DNA from: an uncultured delta proteobacterium
GTDB taxonomy: Bacteria; Desulfobacterota; Binatia; Binatales; Binataceae
DNA length: 64,000 bases
Reading direction: 5' to 3'
NCBI GenBank assembly: GCA_963765675.1
Contig: CAVXXK010000001.1
Span: 2,080,001 to 2,144,000 of the forward strand
Made by a program: the position numbers and the translations under genes. A model generated the notes under the pieces. It had not been told where the DNA came from. It made no database searches and worked only from the letters and a program-made list of their open reading frames with translations. Shown piece after piece: positions 27,924 to 38,121 of the stretch. Every line of letters begins with the position of its first letter. Position 1 is the first letter of the stretch.

Positions 27924-30347
27924 CTAGAGCGGCGCGCCAGCCCCGATCTCGAACACCGTGCGCTGGTCGGCAGGCCGCGGATTGATCGGGAACGCCAGAT
28001 CGACGCTGAGCGGTCCGAACGGCGAACGCCACCTGACCCCGAAACCGACTGAGGCTTGCAGTTCCGTGAAGTCGATTCCTTGCTTAAGCGTGTATGCTTG
28101 CCCGGCGTCGGAGAAGAGCACCCCGCGCAGCCCGAGTCCCGACAGAATCGGGAAGGTGATCTCGTTGCTCAGAATCAATTCCTCGCTGCCGCCGACGTCC
28201 TGGACGCTGATCGGCTGGCCGGCCGCATTGTAGATCGTGACCAGCGGTCCCAACGAGTAGAGCTGGTAGCCGCGCACCTCGGCAGGGCCGCTACTGCCGC
28301 CCGGGAAAAAGCGCTCGTAAAGCGGCAGCTCGCCGCCCGTGCCGCTGCTGAGGTTCGTGCCCACGCCATAGGTCAGACCCTGCGAGACCACCCAGGTTCC
28401 CCAGGTCGAGCTCTTGATGAACGGGTAGAAATAGCGGCCGTGCAAAACTCCCTTGACGAACGAATTACCGCCGCCGAGTCCACCAATCTGACCGTTGAAA
28501 GTCAGCACGGTTCCGGTCCGCGGATCGACCGGGTTATCGACCGTGAAGCGGCGGAAGCTCGGCAGCAATTCGGAGGTCTGCGTGTAGCCCTTGTAGCGCA
28601 GGATATCGAAAGTCGTCAGTGGGTTCAGCCCGGTGATACCGACGCTCTGGAACTGATAGCCGAGTCCCACGCTTACGTCCTTGAGCGAGAAGGGACCGAG
28701 TTTCTTAAATCCCAGCTCCGTCAACGGATAGTAGGTATTGAGCGCGAATCCCGCGGCCGACTGGTTGAAGCTCAGCAGGAATTCCTTGTTGTCGAAGAGC
28801 TGCATCCCGACGCTCAGCGGCATGTCGAGAAACCACGGCTCGGTGTAGCTGATCGAATAATTCTGGAACAGGAATCCGATCTGCGCGTTGAGCACGATCG
28901 ATTCGCCGCCGCCGAACAGGTTGGTGTTGCCCAGTGTGAAATTGCCAAAAACCGACGAGTAGGTGTCGTATCCGCCGGCGACCTGCAATGACGAGGTGTT
29001 TGCTTCCGCCACGTTGACGTCGAGATTGATCTTGTCCGGTTGCTGCGCGGGCTCGGTGGTGATCCGAACCTCGCTGAAATAGCCCAGCCGGTCCAGCCGC
29101 TTCTTCGACTCGCGGATCGCTTCGGCCGAGTACGGCTCCTGCTCCTGGATTTGCAGCTCGCGCCGGATCACCTTGTCGGAGGTCTTGGTGTTGCCGGTGA
29201 TATTGATCCGGTTAACCAGCACTTCGTGCCCCGGGTTGATGTAGAACGTGATGTTGATCCGATGGGTGACCGGATCGAGCTGGGTGCGCGGATCGACATT
29301 GACGAACGCGTAGCCGCGGTTCGAGTAGAAATCCGACAGCGTCAGCACGTTGTGCTGCAAGGTTGCGCCCCGGAAATGTTGCCCGCGCTTGATCGTGAGC
29401 AGCCGCGCCAGCTCGCGATGCGGAAACTTCATGTTGCCTGCCAGAGCGACCCTGCCCACCCGATACGCGGTCCCTTCGTCGACGTCGATCGTGATGTGCA
29501 GCGAGTTGCCGACGCGCTGGACGTTGGGGGTGCTGATATGAACGTTCAGATAGCCGTTCTGGTAATAGAACGCGGTCAGATGATCGACGTCGTCCTGCAG
29601 TTTCTGCTGGTCGAGCGCCCCCTGGCCTGTGAGCCAGCTCAAAAGGAAGCTGTGCGTGCTGGTCTCCATTACTGAGCGCAACTCCGCCGAACTGAAGGCC
29701 TTGTTGCCCTGGAAATCGATCTTGGTGATCTCGACCTTCGGTCCTTCGGTCACGTCGAAGACCGCAACCGCGGTGTTGTCCGGCTGCAGGATGGTGCGGA
29801 AGTTAACCTTGGCGTCGAGGTAGCCCTTATCCTGGTAGACTTTCGTGATCCCGTTGATCGTCTCCTTGACCTGGCCGGGATCGAGAATCGCGCCCGGATG
29901 AAGCTTGGTCGCCGAGGTGATCTTGTCGTCGGTCGAGCGGATCGCCTTCATCCCTTCGATCCGGACGTCGGTAATCTGCGGCCGCTCGATGACTTTGTAC
30001 ACCAGCACGTGGCCGCCGTTGACGTTCTCGACCACGGTCTCGACATTTTGGAAAAAGCCCATCTTGTAGATGGCTTTGACATCCTGGTCGACCGCGTTTT
30101 GATCGAGCGGCTGACCAACGGTCTGCGAGATATGAATTCGGATCGCGTCGGTCTCGACGCGCTGATTGCCCTCAATCCTGATCGCCGTGATGATCGGCGC
30201 GGAGCCCTGCGCGAATGCGCTGGTGACGGTAAAAATCAACGCCAGCATCACGATTGGCGCGCATCTGGCGAGCGAGCGCCTCGCGCTGGCGATAGGGGTA
30301 GGGATTGTCACAGAAAAACACCAAAAAGCGGCGACCAACGTAACCAA
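27924..30347 (-). CDS. bamA: Outer membrane assembly factor (true start may be downstream)
   Basis: POTRA repeats, GNTKTSDKVIRRE, VRGY, WRSPFGP. Confidence 0.95.
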   Translation of the reverse strand: MVTLVAAFWCFSVTIPTPIASARRSLARCAPIVMLALIFTVTSAFAQGSAPIITAIRIEGNQRVETDAIRIHISQTVGQPLDQNAVDQDVKAIYKMGFFQNVETVVENVNGGHVLVYKVIERPQITDVRIEGMKAIRSTDDKITSATKLHPGAILDPGQVKETINGITKVYQDKGYLDAKVNFRTILQPDNTAVAVFDVTEGPKVEITKIDFQGNKAFSSAELRSVMETSTHSFLLSWLTGQGALDQQKLQDDVDHLTAFYYQNGYLNVHISTPNVQRVGNSLHITIDVDEGTAYRVGRVALAGNMKFPHRELARLLTIKRGQHFRGATLQHNVLTLSDFYSNRGYAFVNVDPRTQLDPVTHRINITFYINPGHEVLVNRINITGNTKTSDKVIRRELQIQEQEPYSAEAIRESKKRLDRLGYFSEVRITTEPAQQPDKINLDVNVAEANTSSLQVAGGYDTYSSVFGNFTLGNTNLFGGGESIVLNAQIGFLFQNYSISYTEPWFLDMPLSVGMQLFDNKEFLLSFNQSAAGFALNTYYPLTELGFKKLGPFSLKDVSVGLGYQFQSVGITGLNPLTTFDILRYKGYTQTSELLPSFRRFTVDNPVDPRTGTVLTFNGQIGGLGGGNSFVKGVLHGRYFYPFIKSSTWGTWVVSQGLTYGVGTNLSSGTGGELPLYERFFPGGSSGPAEVRGYQLYSLGPLVTIYNAAGQPISVQDVGGSEELILSNEITFPILSGLGLRGVLFSDAGQAYTLKQGIDFTELQASVGFGVRWRSPFGPLSVDLAFPINPRPADQRTVFEIGAGAPL

Positions 30348-30418
30348 TCAGTCCCGGTAAGTAAACCGAAAATTGATTCTGCGATCCGCGTCCGGCGCGC
30401 TTCACCTCATACTTCTGA

Positions 30419-31138
30419 CTAGACGCGCGGCTCGTCAGACAGTTTTCCTTCCTTGAGTCTTAGTGCGCGGCTCATGCTCCGCATCAGTCGTTCGTTGTGG
30501 GTCGCGATCACCAGCGTGACGCCCAATTCCGCATTGAGCAGATGAAACAAATCGTGAACTTCGTCGGCGGTATGCGGGTCGAGGTTGCCGGTTGGCTCGT
30601 CGGCCAGCACCAGGCGCGGCTTCAGCACCACCGCCCGCGCGACCGCGACCCGCTGCTGTTCGCCACCGGACAGCTCGGCCGGCCGGCGATGCAGTTTTTC
30701 GCCAAGGCCAACCACGCGCAGCATCTCGGCCGCGCGCTCTTCGGCTTCCCGATCCGGCATCCGCGCGATCAGCGCCGGCATCATCACGTTTTCGAGCGCG
30801 TCGAAATCCGCAAGCAGGTAATGGAACTGGAACACGAAGCCGAGACGAAGATTGCGGAACTCCGCGATCGCTTTCGGATCGAGCGCGAACAAATCCTGGC
30901 CCTCGAAGAAGACTTTACCCGCGCTCGGCTCCTCCAGGCTGCCGAGCACGTGCAGCAGCGTGGACTTGCCCTCGCCCGACTGTCCGACGATCGCGATCTC
31001 CTCTCCCGCGCGCACGACCAGATCCAGCTCGCGCAGCACGCGAATCTCGCGCGTCGCATCGTGGAAGGTCTTCACCAGCCCGCGCGCATCGATAAGCGGA
31101 TTTCCGTCAGGCGCGCGAGGCGCCGGCGTGTCACTCAT
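30419..31138 (-). CDS. lolD: Lipoprotein-releasing ABC ATPase
   Basis: [39 protein letters not shown]. Confidence 0.9.
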   Translation of the reverse strand: MSDTPAPRAPDGNPLIDARGLVKTFHDATREIRVLRELDLVVRAGEEIAIVGQSGEGKSTLLHVLGSLEEPSAGKVFFEGQDLFALDPKAIAEFRNLRLGFVFQFHYLLADFDALENVMMPALIARMPDREAEERAAEMLRVVGLGEKLHRRPAELSGGEQQRVAVARAVVLKPRLVLADEPTGNLDPHTADEVHDLFHLLNAELGVTLVIATHNERLMRSMSRALRLKEGKLSDEPRV

Positions 31139-32411
31139 AGCGGATAACCTCGACCGGAGACAGCGAGCACGCGTGGAGTGCCGGATAGATCGCCGCCACG
31201 ATGCACAGCGCGATCGAGGCCGCCGCGACCGCGATAAAATTTATCGCATAAAGCCGCACTGGAACCGCGCTGACCATAAATAGATCGGCCGGCAGATGGA
31301 TCAGATGGAAGTGACCGATAGCCCACGAGACCAAAAATCCGCCGCCGACCCCGAGCGCGGTGCCAACGATTCCGAGCGCGACGCCCTCGCACAGGAAAAT
31401 CAGGAAGATCGACTGCGTCCGCGTGCCCATCGCGCGCAGAATCGCGATCTCCTTGCGCCGCTCCATCGCGATCATCACCAGCGTCGAGAGAATATTAAAC
31501 GCCGCCACCAGCACGATCAGCAGCAGCACCATAAAGTAAGTGAATTTCTCGAGCTGCAGCGCCGAGAACAACGGCGCATTGGCGCGCGTCCAATCCGAAA
31601 CGGTGTAGTCGGCGCCCGCGATTTTTTCGATCGCCGCCGCCACCGCAGGCGCGTCGAACATGTTCCTTAACTTGACTTCGAGTCCCGATTGCATCTCGGA
31701 ATCGTCGGACAAGAGCGCGCGTCCGTCCTTCAGCGCAACGAACACCAGCGTCGAGTCGAAGTCATACATCCCGGAGTAGAAGTAGCCCGTGATCACAAAC
31801 CGCTTGAGTCGCGGCGCCCCCAGTCCGCTGGCCAGGCTCGCAGGCGAAATCAGGATCACCGAATCTCCCACTTGCAGCCCAAGGTCAAACGCCAACGTCT
31901 TGCCGACTATCGCTCCCGGCAGATCGACTTTGCGCTTATGCCCCTGCTCGACGATCTGCACCGGATGCTCCACCTCCAGCGATGCGAGCGTGCCGGATTG
32001 GAGGGTCTGCTGCAGCTCCGTCAATACCGGATTGTTCGCCGCCTCGACCCCGCGCAAAATCCCGCCCGAGACATACCCCGGCGCGCCCGACGGAGTATTC
32101 GATACCGCCATCACCGGTGAGGTGACGAACGGCGCCACCGCGGTCACCGGCGGCATCGCCGTGATCGCCTGGCGCAACTGGGCGGGATTCCATACCGCGC
32201 CGTCGCTGCGTTCGACCGTCACTTCGGGGGTGAAAGCCAAAAGGCGCGAACGCAAATCTTCCTGGAATCCGCTCATCACCGAGAGCGCCACCGTCAGCGC
32301 CAGAGTGCCCAGCGTAACTCCGGTAAGCGAGATCACGGCGATCAGCGAAACGAAGCGTTCGCGGCGCCGGGCGCGTAGGTAGCGGATGCCGATCAGGTAC
32401 TCGAAGCGCAT
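31131..32411 (-). CDS. Lipoprotein-releasing ABC permease LolC/E
   Basis: RYLRARR..FVSLI, LSVMSGF, LVAAFNI, EIAILRAMG, EVIRYE. Confidence 0.9.
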   Translation of the reverse strand: MRFEYLIGIRYLRARRRERFVSLIAVISLTGVTLGTLALTVALSVMSGFQEDLRSRLLAFTPEVTVERSDGAVWNPAQLRQAITAMPPVTAVAPFVTSPVMAVSNTPSGAPGYVSGGILRGVEAANNPVLTELQQTLQSGTLASLEVEHPVQIVEQGHKRKVDLPGAIVGKTLAFDLGLQVGDSVILISPASLASGLGAPRLKRFVITGYFYSGMYDFDSTLVFVALKDGRALLSDDSEMQSGLEVKLRNMFDAPAVAAAIEKIAGADYTVSDWTRANAPLFSALQLEKFTYFMVLLLIVLVAAFNILSTLVMIAMERRKEIAILRAMGTRTQSIFLIFLCEGVALGIVGTALGVGGGFLVSWAIGHFHLIHLPADLFMVSAVPVRLYAINFIAVAAASIALCIVAAIYPALHACSLSPVEVIRYE

Positions 32412-32629
32412 ATTCAGGCAGCCTGGATTTGTCGGATCGAGCGCGATCGCGAGGCCAGCCGGGGGTCGTAGGGGCGACGGGAGGGTTTCATTGAATCAAG
32501 CGGACGCGGGATTCGTCTATAGTCCGCGACCGATTTGGCTTTTGCAACGGTCATGCAACGAGAAGAGGTTGCGCTTCCTCGTGGGGGTGCCATATGCTCA
32601 CGCCGAAATCGGTTCTGGAGGTTGCGCGG

Positions 32630-35182
32630 ATGAACCGCTACTGGCCTGCGGCGATCGCCGTGGCGTTGATTACATTTTTATTTGTATCGACCAGCGGCGT
32701 GAAGGCGGCGGAACCTCGGGTCCCTCCTGACCAGATCACGATGAACTTCCAGAACGTGGATATCCCGGTTCTGGCCAAATTCATCAGCGAGATCACCGGC
32801 AAGAATTTCATCATCGACGAAAGCGTGCGCGGCAAGGTGACGATCATCTCGCCCACCAAGGTTACTCCTGCGCAGGCCTATTCGCTGTTCCAGTCCGTGC
32901 TTCAGATCAAGGGCTTCACCACCGTGCAGGCGGGCAAGGTCATTAAGATCGTCCCCGCCCGCAACGTGCGCTCCGACGCGCCGCTCACCGAGTCGCAGCT
33001 CCCGGCCGATACCCACGGCGACGAGTACGTCACCCGGATGGTCAAGCTCAAGAATATTGACGCCGGCACGCTGGTCGGAGTCGTGCAGCCGATGGTTTCG
33101 CACGACGGTCTGGTCGCGGCCTATCCCGAAGACAACACCCTCATCATCACCGACGACGCGTATAACGTGCAGCGCCTGCTCCAGGTGATCGGCAGCCTCG
33201 ATATCGCGGGCACCCAGGAGACGGTCGCCGTGATTCCGCTGAAGCTCGCGTTCGCGGGCGAGCTCGCTCCAGAGATCGAACAGATCATGGCGGCGCGCTA
33301 CGGCGGCTCGACCTCCACTCCGCAGGGTCCACGCCCGGGGATGGGCGTCGTCGCACCGGTCTCGAGCGGTCCTTCCAACTCCTTCAAGGTGATCCCTGAC
33401 GAGCGCACCAATTCTCTCATCGTGCTCGCCGCTCCGCTCCAGATGCGCGATATCAAAGACGTCATTGCCAAGCTCGATATCGTGCCGCCCAACGTGACTT
33501 CCCGCATCCACGTCTACCGGCTGAAAAATGCGCAGGCGCTCGAGATGGTCCAGGTCATGAACAACCTGCTCAACGGCGGCGGCGCTCCAACCACACTATC
33601 GCCCACCACTGGCCGCGGCTCGCTGGGCCGCAGCAGCTCGATGGGCGGCATGATGGGCTCTATGGGCGGCATGAGCAGCGGTTTCGGCGGCATGGGCGGC
33701 GGGATGGGTGGCTACGGCGGCTCGAGTATGGGCGGCATGATGAGCGGATACGGCGGCTCGAGCATGGGCGGCATGGGTGGCATGGGCGGAATAAGCGGAG
33801 GCATGGGCAGCGGCAGGGGCATGATGGGCGGCAATTCATCGGGAACCTCCGGCGCCGCTTCGGCCAGCACCGAGGGTGGCAAAGGCACCAATTTTCTGAA
33901 CCCGGTCAATATCACTGCCGACCCCGCGACCAACTCGATGGTGGTGAGCGCTTCGCCGCAAGACTGGTCTACCCTGAAGCAGATTATCGATGAGCTCGAC
34001 GTTCCGCGCGTGCAGGTCTTCGTGCAGGCGGTGATCGTCGAGGTCAGCGCCGAACGCAGCCGTCAGCTTGGTTTCGAGTACAGTGCCCTCAACGGCATCG
34101 GCGTTGCCTCGTTGAATTATGGAAACCTTCAGAACGCACTCACTAATCCGCTGGGATTGAGTGGTCTTGCGATCGGGATGGCCTCAAAGAGCCTGTGCTC
34201 GATTCCCTCGACCGTCGCCGCGGGCGTTTCGGCGACCGGAACCGCAGCCGCTTCAGCGGCGAGTCTGATCACGGTTCCCTGCGATGTCGCCCTGCTCGAG
34301 GCGCTCGAGACCGATACCCATACCAACGTCCTCTCAGCGCCGACCCTGCTCACCGCCGACAACGAAGAGGCGATGATTGTGGTCGGCCAGAACGTGCCTT
34401 TCGTCGGCTCGGCCTCGGCCAATGCCGGCCTGCCTGGACAGATCTTCAATTCGGTCGATCGCCAGAACGTCGGTATCACGCTCGATATCGTGCCGCAGGT
34501 TTCCGAGGGCGACTACGTCAAGCTCGATATGTATGAGGAGGTCTCCAACGTGGTCGCGAGCACGGCGAATAATCCGCTCGGACCGACAACCACTATCCGC
34601 TCCGCGTCGACCAGCGTGATGGTGCAAAATCATCGCACCGCCGTGGTTGGCGGATTGCTTTCGAGCCAGGACAGCGCCTCAAACCAGGGTATCCCGTACA
34701 TCTCCAGCATTCCCGTGATTGGCAACCTGTTCAGCTTCAAGAGCACCGATCGGCAGAAAGACAATTTGATTGTCTTCCTGACTCCGCACGTGATTCGCGA
34801 CCGCTCGCAGTTGCGCGATCTCGCTCTCGACGAGCGCCATCAGTACATCAATTCGATCGGCCGCAAGGAAGTTCACGACATGCCGGCTTCCCAGATCCAC
34901 GAGCTGTACAAGCCGTCGTTCTCGATCGCGGTGCCGCCATCGGCTGATCTCGGCACGCCCTCGGCTCCGGGCGCGCCGTCCGCCGCCGATGTACCCCCGC
35001 CGGCCTCGAGCGGCTCGCCGTCGAGCGACACGCCTTTCAACACCGAGGAGATCGGGCCTTCGAGCATGCGCGCTCCGTCCGGCTCGAGCGGATCCTCGGC
35101 TCCGGTCGCCAGCAGCGGGATCATGCCGTCTTCACGCGCCTTCGATGCGACCCGGGCGGGGATGGCGCCGGCGGCACCCTGA
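32630..35182 (+). CDS. gspD: Type II secretion secretin
   Basis: MNFQNVDI, VRGKVTIISP, DERTNSLIV, ADPATNS, LDVPRVQVFVQAVIVEV, VLSAP, GIPYIS.IPVIGNLF. Confidence 0.9.
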   Translation: MNRYWPAAIAVALITFLFVSTSGVKAAEPRVPPDQITMNFQNVDIPVLAKFISEITGKNFIIDESVRGKVTIISPTKVTPAQAYSLFQSVLQIKGFTTVQAGKVIKIVPARNVRSDAPLTESQLPADTHGDEYVTRMVKLKNIDAGTLVGVVQPMVSHDGLVAAYPEDNTLIITDDAYNVQRLLQVIGSLDIAGTQETVAVIPLKLAFAGELAPEIEQIMAARYGGSTSTPQGPRPGMGVVAPVSSGPSNSFKVIPDERTNSLIVLAAPLQMRDIKDVIAKLDIVPPNVTSRIHVYRLKNAQALEMVQVMNNLLNGGGAPTTLSPTTGRGSLGRSSSMGGMMGSMGGMSSGFGGMGGGMGGYGGSSMGGMMSGYGGSSMGGMGGMGGISGGMGSGRGMMGGNSSGTSGAASASTEGGKGTNFLNPVNITADPATNSMVVSASPQDWSTLKQIIDELDVPRVQVFVQAVIVEVSAERSRQLGFEYSALNGIGVASLNYGNLQNALTNPLGLSGLAIGMASKSLCSIPSTVAAGVSATGTAAASAASLITVPCDVALLEALETDTHTNVLSAPTLLTADNEEAMIVVGQNVPFVGSASANAGLPGQIFNSVDRQNVGITLDIVPQVSEGDYVKLDMYEEVSNVVASTANNPLGPTTTIRSASTSVMVQNHRTAVVGGLLSSQDSASNQGIPYISSIPVIGNLFSFKSTDRQKDNLIVFLTPHVIRDRSQLRDLALDERHQYINSIGRKEVHDMPASQIHELYKPSFSIAVPPSADLGTPSAPGAPSAADVPPPASSGSPSSDTPFNTEEIGPSSMRAPSGSSGSSAPVASSGIMPSSRAFDATRAGMAPAAP
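33640..33850 (+). repeat. Gly/Met/Ser low-complexity coding repeat inside gspD
   Basis: Repeated ATGGGCGGC units; GYGGSSMGGM twice. Confidence 0.85.
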
Positions 35183-35224
35183 TCAACCTTCAGACTTGAT
35201 CGTGAACGCAATTTTTCCTCGCAC

Positions 35225-35259
35225 GCGGCGCGCGGGCTTAGACCCGCGCGCCGCTCTTT
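35225..35259 (+). terminator. Probable intrinsic terminator after gspD
   Basis: 12-bp perfect stem GCGGCGCGCGGG/CCCGCGCGCCGC followed by TCTTT (weak U-tract). Confidence 0.5.
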
Positions 35260-35269
35260 GCCCACCGCG

Positions 35270-36190
35270 ATGCCTCGGCAGATAGGCGGAATTCAGGCCC
35301 GAGTCGAATGGGCCGGCGCCGCGGCATATATCGCCGCGATGCGCGCGTTGCCGCTTTCCCGCGCGGTGCGCCTGGGCGCAAAGCTGGGCAGAATCGCGAT
35401 GGAAGTAGATCGGCCGAATCGTCCGATCGCGCTCAAGAATCTCGAAATCGCATTTCCCGAAAAATCCGTCGCCGAGCATCTCGAAATCCTGCGCGGCAGC
35501 TACCGCAACTGGGGACGGATGGCCGCCGAGTGGTCGCACATCCGCAAGCTCAACCGCGCCAATATCGAAGAGGTCGTCACCTACCAGGGCAAGGAGCATT
35601 GGGACGAAGCCGAGCGCATCTCGAAAGGGCGCGGAATTATCGTGCTGACGGCGCACTTCGGTAATTGGGAATTGCTCAACGTCGCGCATTCGGTCTACGG
35701 CTACCGGATCGCGATCGTAAATCGCGTGTTGCGCAACCCCCTGATGGACAAAGCGGTGCGCGCCGCGCGCGTCAGCTTCGGGAACGCGCTGATCGAGCGC
35801 AAGACCGGCGGCCTCACCGCGATGCGCCTGCTCCGGAAGAACTGGCAGGTCGCGATCACGCTCGACCTCGACGTGCGCAAGGGCGTGTTCGTCGATTTCT
35901 TCAGCCTGCTCGCCTCGACCAGCGACGGCGCCGCCCGCCTTGCGCTCGCCACCGGCGCGCCGGTGGTCCCGACCTTCATGGTGCGCCAGGGCACCGGCGC
36001 AAAGAACAAGATCACGATTCATCCGCCGGTCGAGATTCAGCAGACCGACGATCGCGCCGCCGACGTAATCGAGAACACCCAGCGTTTCGTCCGTCCGATC
36101 GAATCGATGATCCGCGCGCATCCGGACCACTGGAACTGGATCCATCGCCGCTGGAAAACCCGCCCCCCCGGCGAAGAGCGCTTTTACTAG
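35270..36190 (+). CDS. Lipid A late acyltransferase (LpxL/HtrB family)
   Basis: LTAHFGNWE, VFVDFF, PDHWNWIHRRWK. Confidence 0.9.
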   Translation: MPRQIGGIQARVEWAGAAAYIAAMRALPLSRAVRLGAKLGRIAMEVDRPNRPIALKNLEIAFPEKSVAEHLEILRGSYRNWGRMAAEWSHIRKLNRANIEEVVTYQGKEHWDEAERISKGRGIIVLTAHFGNWELLNVAHSVYGYRIAIVNRVLRNPLMDKAVRAARVSFGNALIERKTGGLTAMRLLRKNWQVAITLDLDVRKGVFVDFFSLLASTSDGAARLALATGAPVVPTFMVRQGTGAKNKITIHPPVEIQQTDDRAADVIENTQRFVRPIESMIRAHPDHWNWIHRRWKTRPPGEERFY

Positions 36191-36262
36191 GTCGGACAAC
36201 CATCCTCGCGACGATTTAATCGAGAGACTCCACTCGCGCCGCCTGCGGCCGCTGTCCCTTCT

Positions 36263-36307
36263 GTCATCCTGAGCGGAGGCCGTTGCGGCCGGAGTCGAAG
36301 GATCCCG
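36263..36307 (+). repeat. 45-bp inverted repeat, left copy
   Basis: GTCATCCTGAGCGGAGGCCGTTGCGGCCGGAGTCGAAGGATCCCG; 44/45 match to the reverse complement of 36737-36781. Confidence 0.95.
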
Positions 36308-36375
36308 GGACGACCGTGCGAAGTATCATGATCGCCTGCTCTGACCTTGGGACGCCGATCACCATCGCGCCGTTT

Positions 36376-36660
36376 TCATTCGCTGGCGAGATCGCGCCAG
36401 GCGGGATTGTCCTTTTCGATCAACGCAATCTTTTTCGCGCGCACCCATCCCTTGAGTTGTTTCTCTCTCGCGATCGCATCCGCGGCGCGATCGTATTGCT
36501 CGAAGTAAACCAGGCGCGTGACATTGTAACGTGCGGTGAAACCCGCGCTCGCTTTCTCCCGATGCTCTGCGATGCGCCGCTCAAGGTCGTTTGTCACGCC
36601 AACGTAGATCACGCGCGAGGGGCTCGCGACGATGTACACGGAAAAAGTGCGCATCGGCAT
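36376..36660 (-). CDS. Stand-alone GIY-YIG nuclease
   Basis: VYIVAS..VIYVGVTNDLERRIAEH, GFTARY, AIAREKQLKGW.RAKK..LIE..NP.WRDL. Confidence 0.9.
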   Translation of the reverse strand: MPMRTFSVYIVASPSRVIYVGVTNDLERRIAEHREKASAGFTARYNVTRLVYFEQYDRAADAIAREKQLKGWVRAKKIALIEKDNPAWRDLASE

Positions 36661-36736
36661 GATCCTCGCGTGTCGCGCGGCGATCAGCAAGCGCCGGGGC
36701 CTTCAGGAGGAGTCACGATGCTGTGCATGGACGCCT

Positions 36737-36781
36737 CGGGATCCTTCGACTCCGGTCGCAACGGCCTCCGCTCAGGATGAC
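36737..36781 (-). repeat. 45-bp inverted repeat, right copy
   Basis: CGGGATCCTTCGACTCCGGTCGCAACGGCCTCCGCTCAGGATGAC. Confidence 0.95.
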
Positions 36782-37043
36782 GTACGGGCTGCCGTACCGT
36801 GGCAGCGCGATCCATCTTACGAAGATGTCTCCGATCCGCTACGATTCCCCCACGATGTCGCGCGAATCTGAAAATCTCGTCGCTCCCGAGGCTCCCGCCA
36901 CGACGCCGGAGCCGCCGTATCTCTACATCCGCGCGTGCGGCGCGCTGTGCGACGCGTTCTGGTGGGCGCGGCGCAGCACGCCCGCTCGCGATTCGTCGGA
37001 TCGCGAGCGCGACGAATCCCGTTCTCCCGATGCGCCCGAGCGT

Positions 37044-37790
37044 TCATAGCTGCCCGACCCGATAGCCGCGCCACAAATCCTCCGCGATACGAATCGGATC
37101 CGCGTGGATTCCGGCGCGCGTGAAATGTCCGCAGATATTTTCGAGATCGCGCCTGAGCAGCGACCGTGCATTCGGATTCATCCGCGCATCGACCGCTTGC
37201 GGAAAATCGATCGCCACCGCACGGCCCTCCGAGTAGAGCAGATTGTACGCCGAGAGATCGCCGTGCACGCGATGGTTCGCGAGCCACAGCGCGACGTTCT
37301 CGATGATCCCTCTAAGGCATCGTTGCGCGGCGGACGAATCCATCTCCGCCCGCACCAGCATCGGCGCGGCCGCGGTCTCGTCGCCAAAATATTCCATCAG
37401 GATCGCGCCCGGCGCTTTCGCGATCGGTTCGGGCACGTCGGCGCCCGCGCTATACAGTATTTCGAGCGTTTCATACTCCGCGCCGATCCAGGTGGCGTAT
37501 TGGACCGCGCGTCCGTGGCGCGACTTGTTCACGAACGCCCGGCGGTTGCGCGTTTCCCAATCCGCTCCGCGTCCGGCCTGGTAGACCGCGTCGTTGCGGA
37601 AGCCGCGCTTCTCGAGCGGTTGATAGACTTTGGCCGCAACCAGGTCGCGGCCCAAATCCGCTGAGGCGCGGCAGCAATAGACGGTGGCCTCCTTGCCGCT
37701 GCGCACGATGTACAAAACTTCAGTGATCAAGCCCTCGCCGAAAAACGCATCGAGTACGTTGTCGGCTTCGATTTGCTGATTCTCGGTCAT
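37044..37790 (-). CDS. RIO1 family atypical kinase/ATPase
   Basis: SGKEATVY, AAKVY, ILMEY, VHGDLSAYNLL, IDFPQAV. Confidence 0.9.
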   Translation of the reverse strand: MTENQQIEADNVLDAFFGEGLITEVLYIVRSGKEATVYCCRASADLGRDLVAAKVYQPLEKRGFRNDAVYQAGRGADWETRNRRAFVNKSRHGRAVQYATWIGAEYETLEILYSAGADVPEPIAKAPGAILMEYFGDETAAAPMLVRAEMDSSAAQRCLRGIIENVALWLANHRVHGDLSAYNLLYSEGRAVAIDFPQAVDARMNPNARSLLRRDLENICGHFTRAGIHADPIRIAEDLWRGYRVGQL

Positions 37791-37963
37791 TGGGTGCTCC
37801 ACGTTTTGGGGCCGTTGCGAGTTTCTTGAAACCCGGTCGCCATAAATTGAGTACGGTCATTGCGAATCCTCCTTCCTCTGATGTTGGTGCCGCCGCGTCG
37901 AAAATCGATCGTCGACAGGCGTGCGCGAACGCACACCCGCGCCGCGCGGCACTTTGCAGACGC

Positions 37964-37994
37964 AAAAAAAACCACGGGGCGCTCGCCTCCGTGG
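37964..37994 (-). terminator. Intrinsic terminator/attenuator upstream of RIO1
   Basis: Minus strand CCACGGAGGCGAGCGCCCCGTGG followed by 8 T. Confidence 0.85.
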
Positions 37995-38020
37995 CCGATA
38001 TGCAGTGGAGATTCCGGTAG

Positions 38021-38089
38021 TTACCGGACGGCGATCACGGAAGGCGCGACGCGGCGAATTTGCGCAAGTTCATTTCGTGTACTCTTCAT
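38021..38089 (-). CDS. Putative 22-aa leader peptide
   Basis: MKSTRNELAQIRRVAPSVIAVR*, preceded by AAGGAGGAG; stop 27 nt before the terminator. Confidence 0.6.
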   Translation of the reverse strand: MKSTRNELAQIRRVAPSVIAVR

Positions 38090-38121
38090 CGCGATTTGCT
38101 CCTCCTTCCGGGATGCCTCCA

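Noticed and set aside
36854-37049. Possible small ORF MSRESENLVAPE...
   Set aside because: No clear RBS or recognisable motif; cannot be supported
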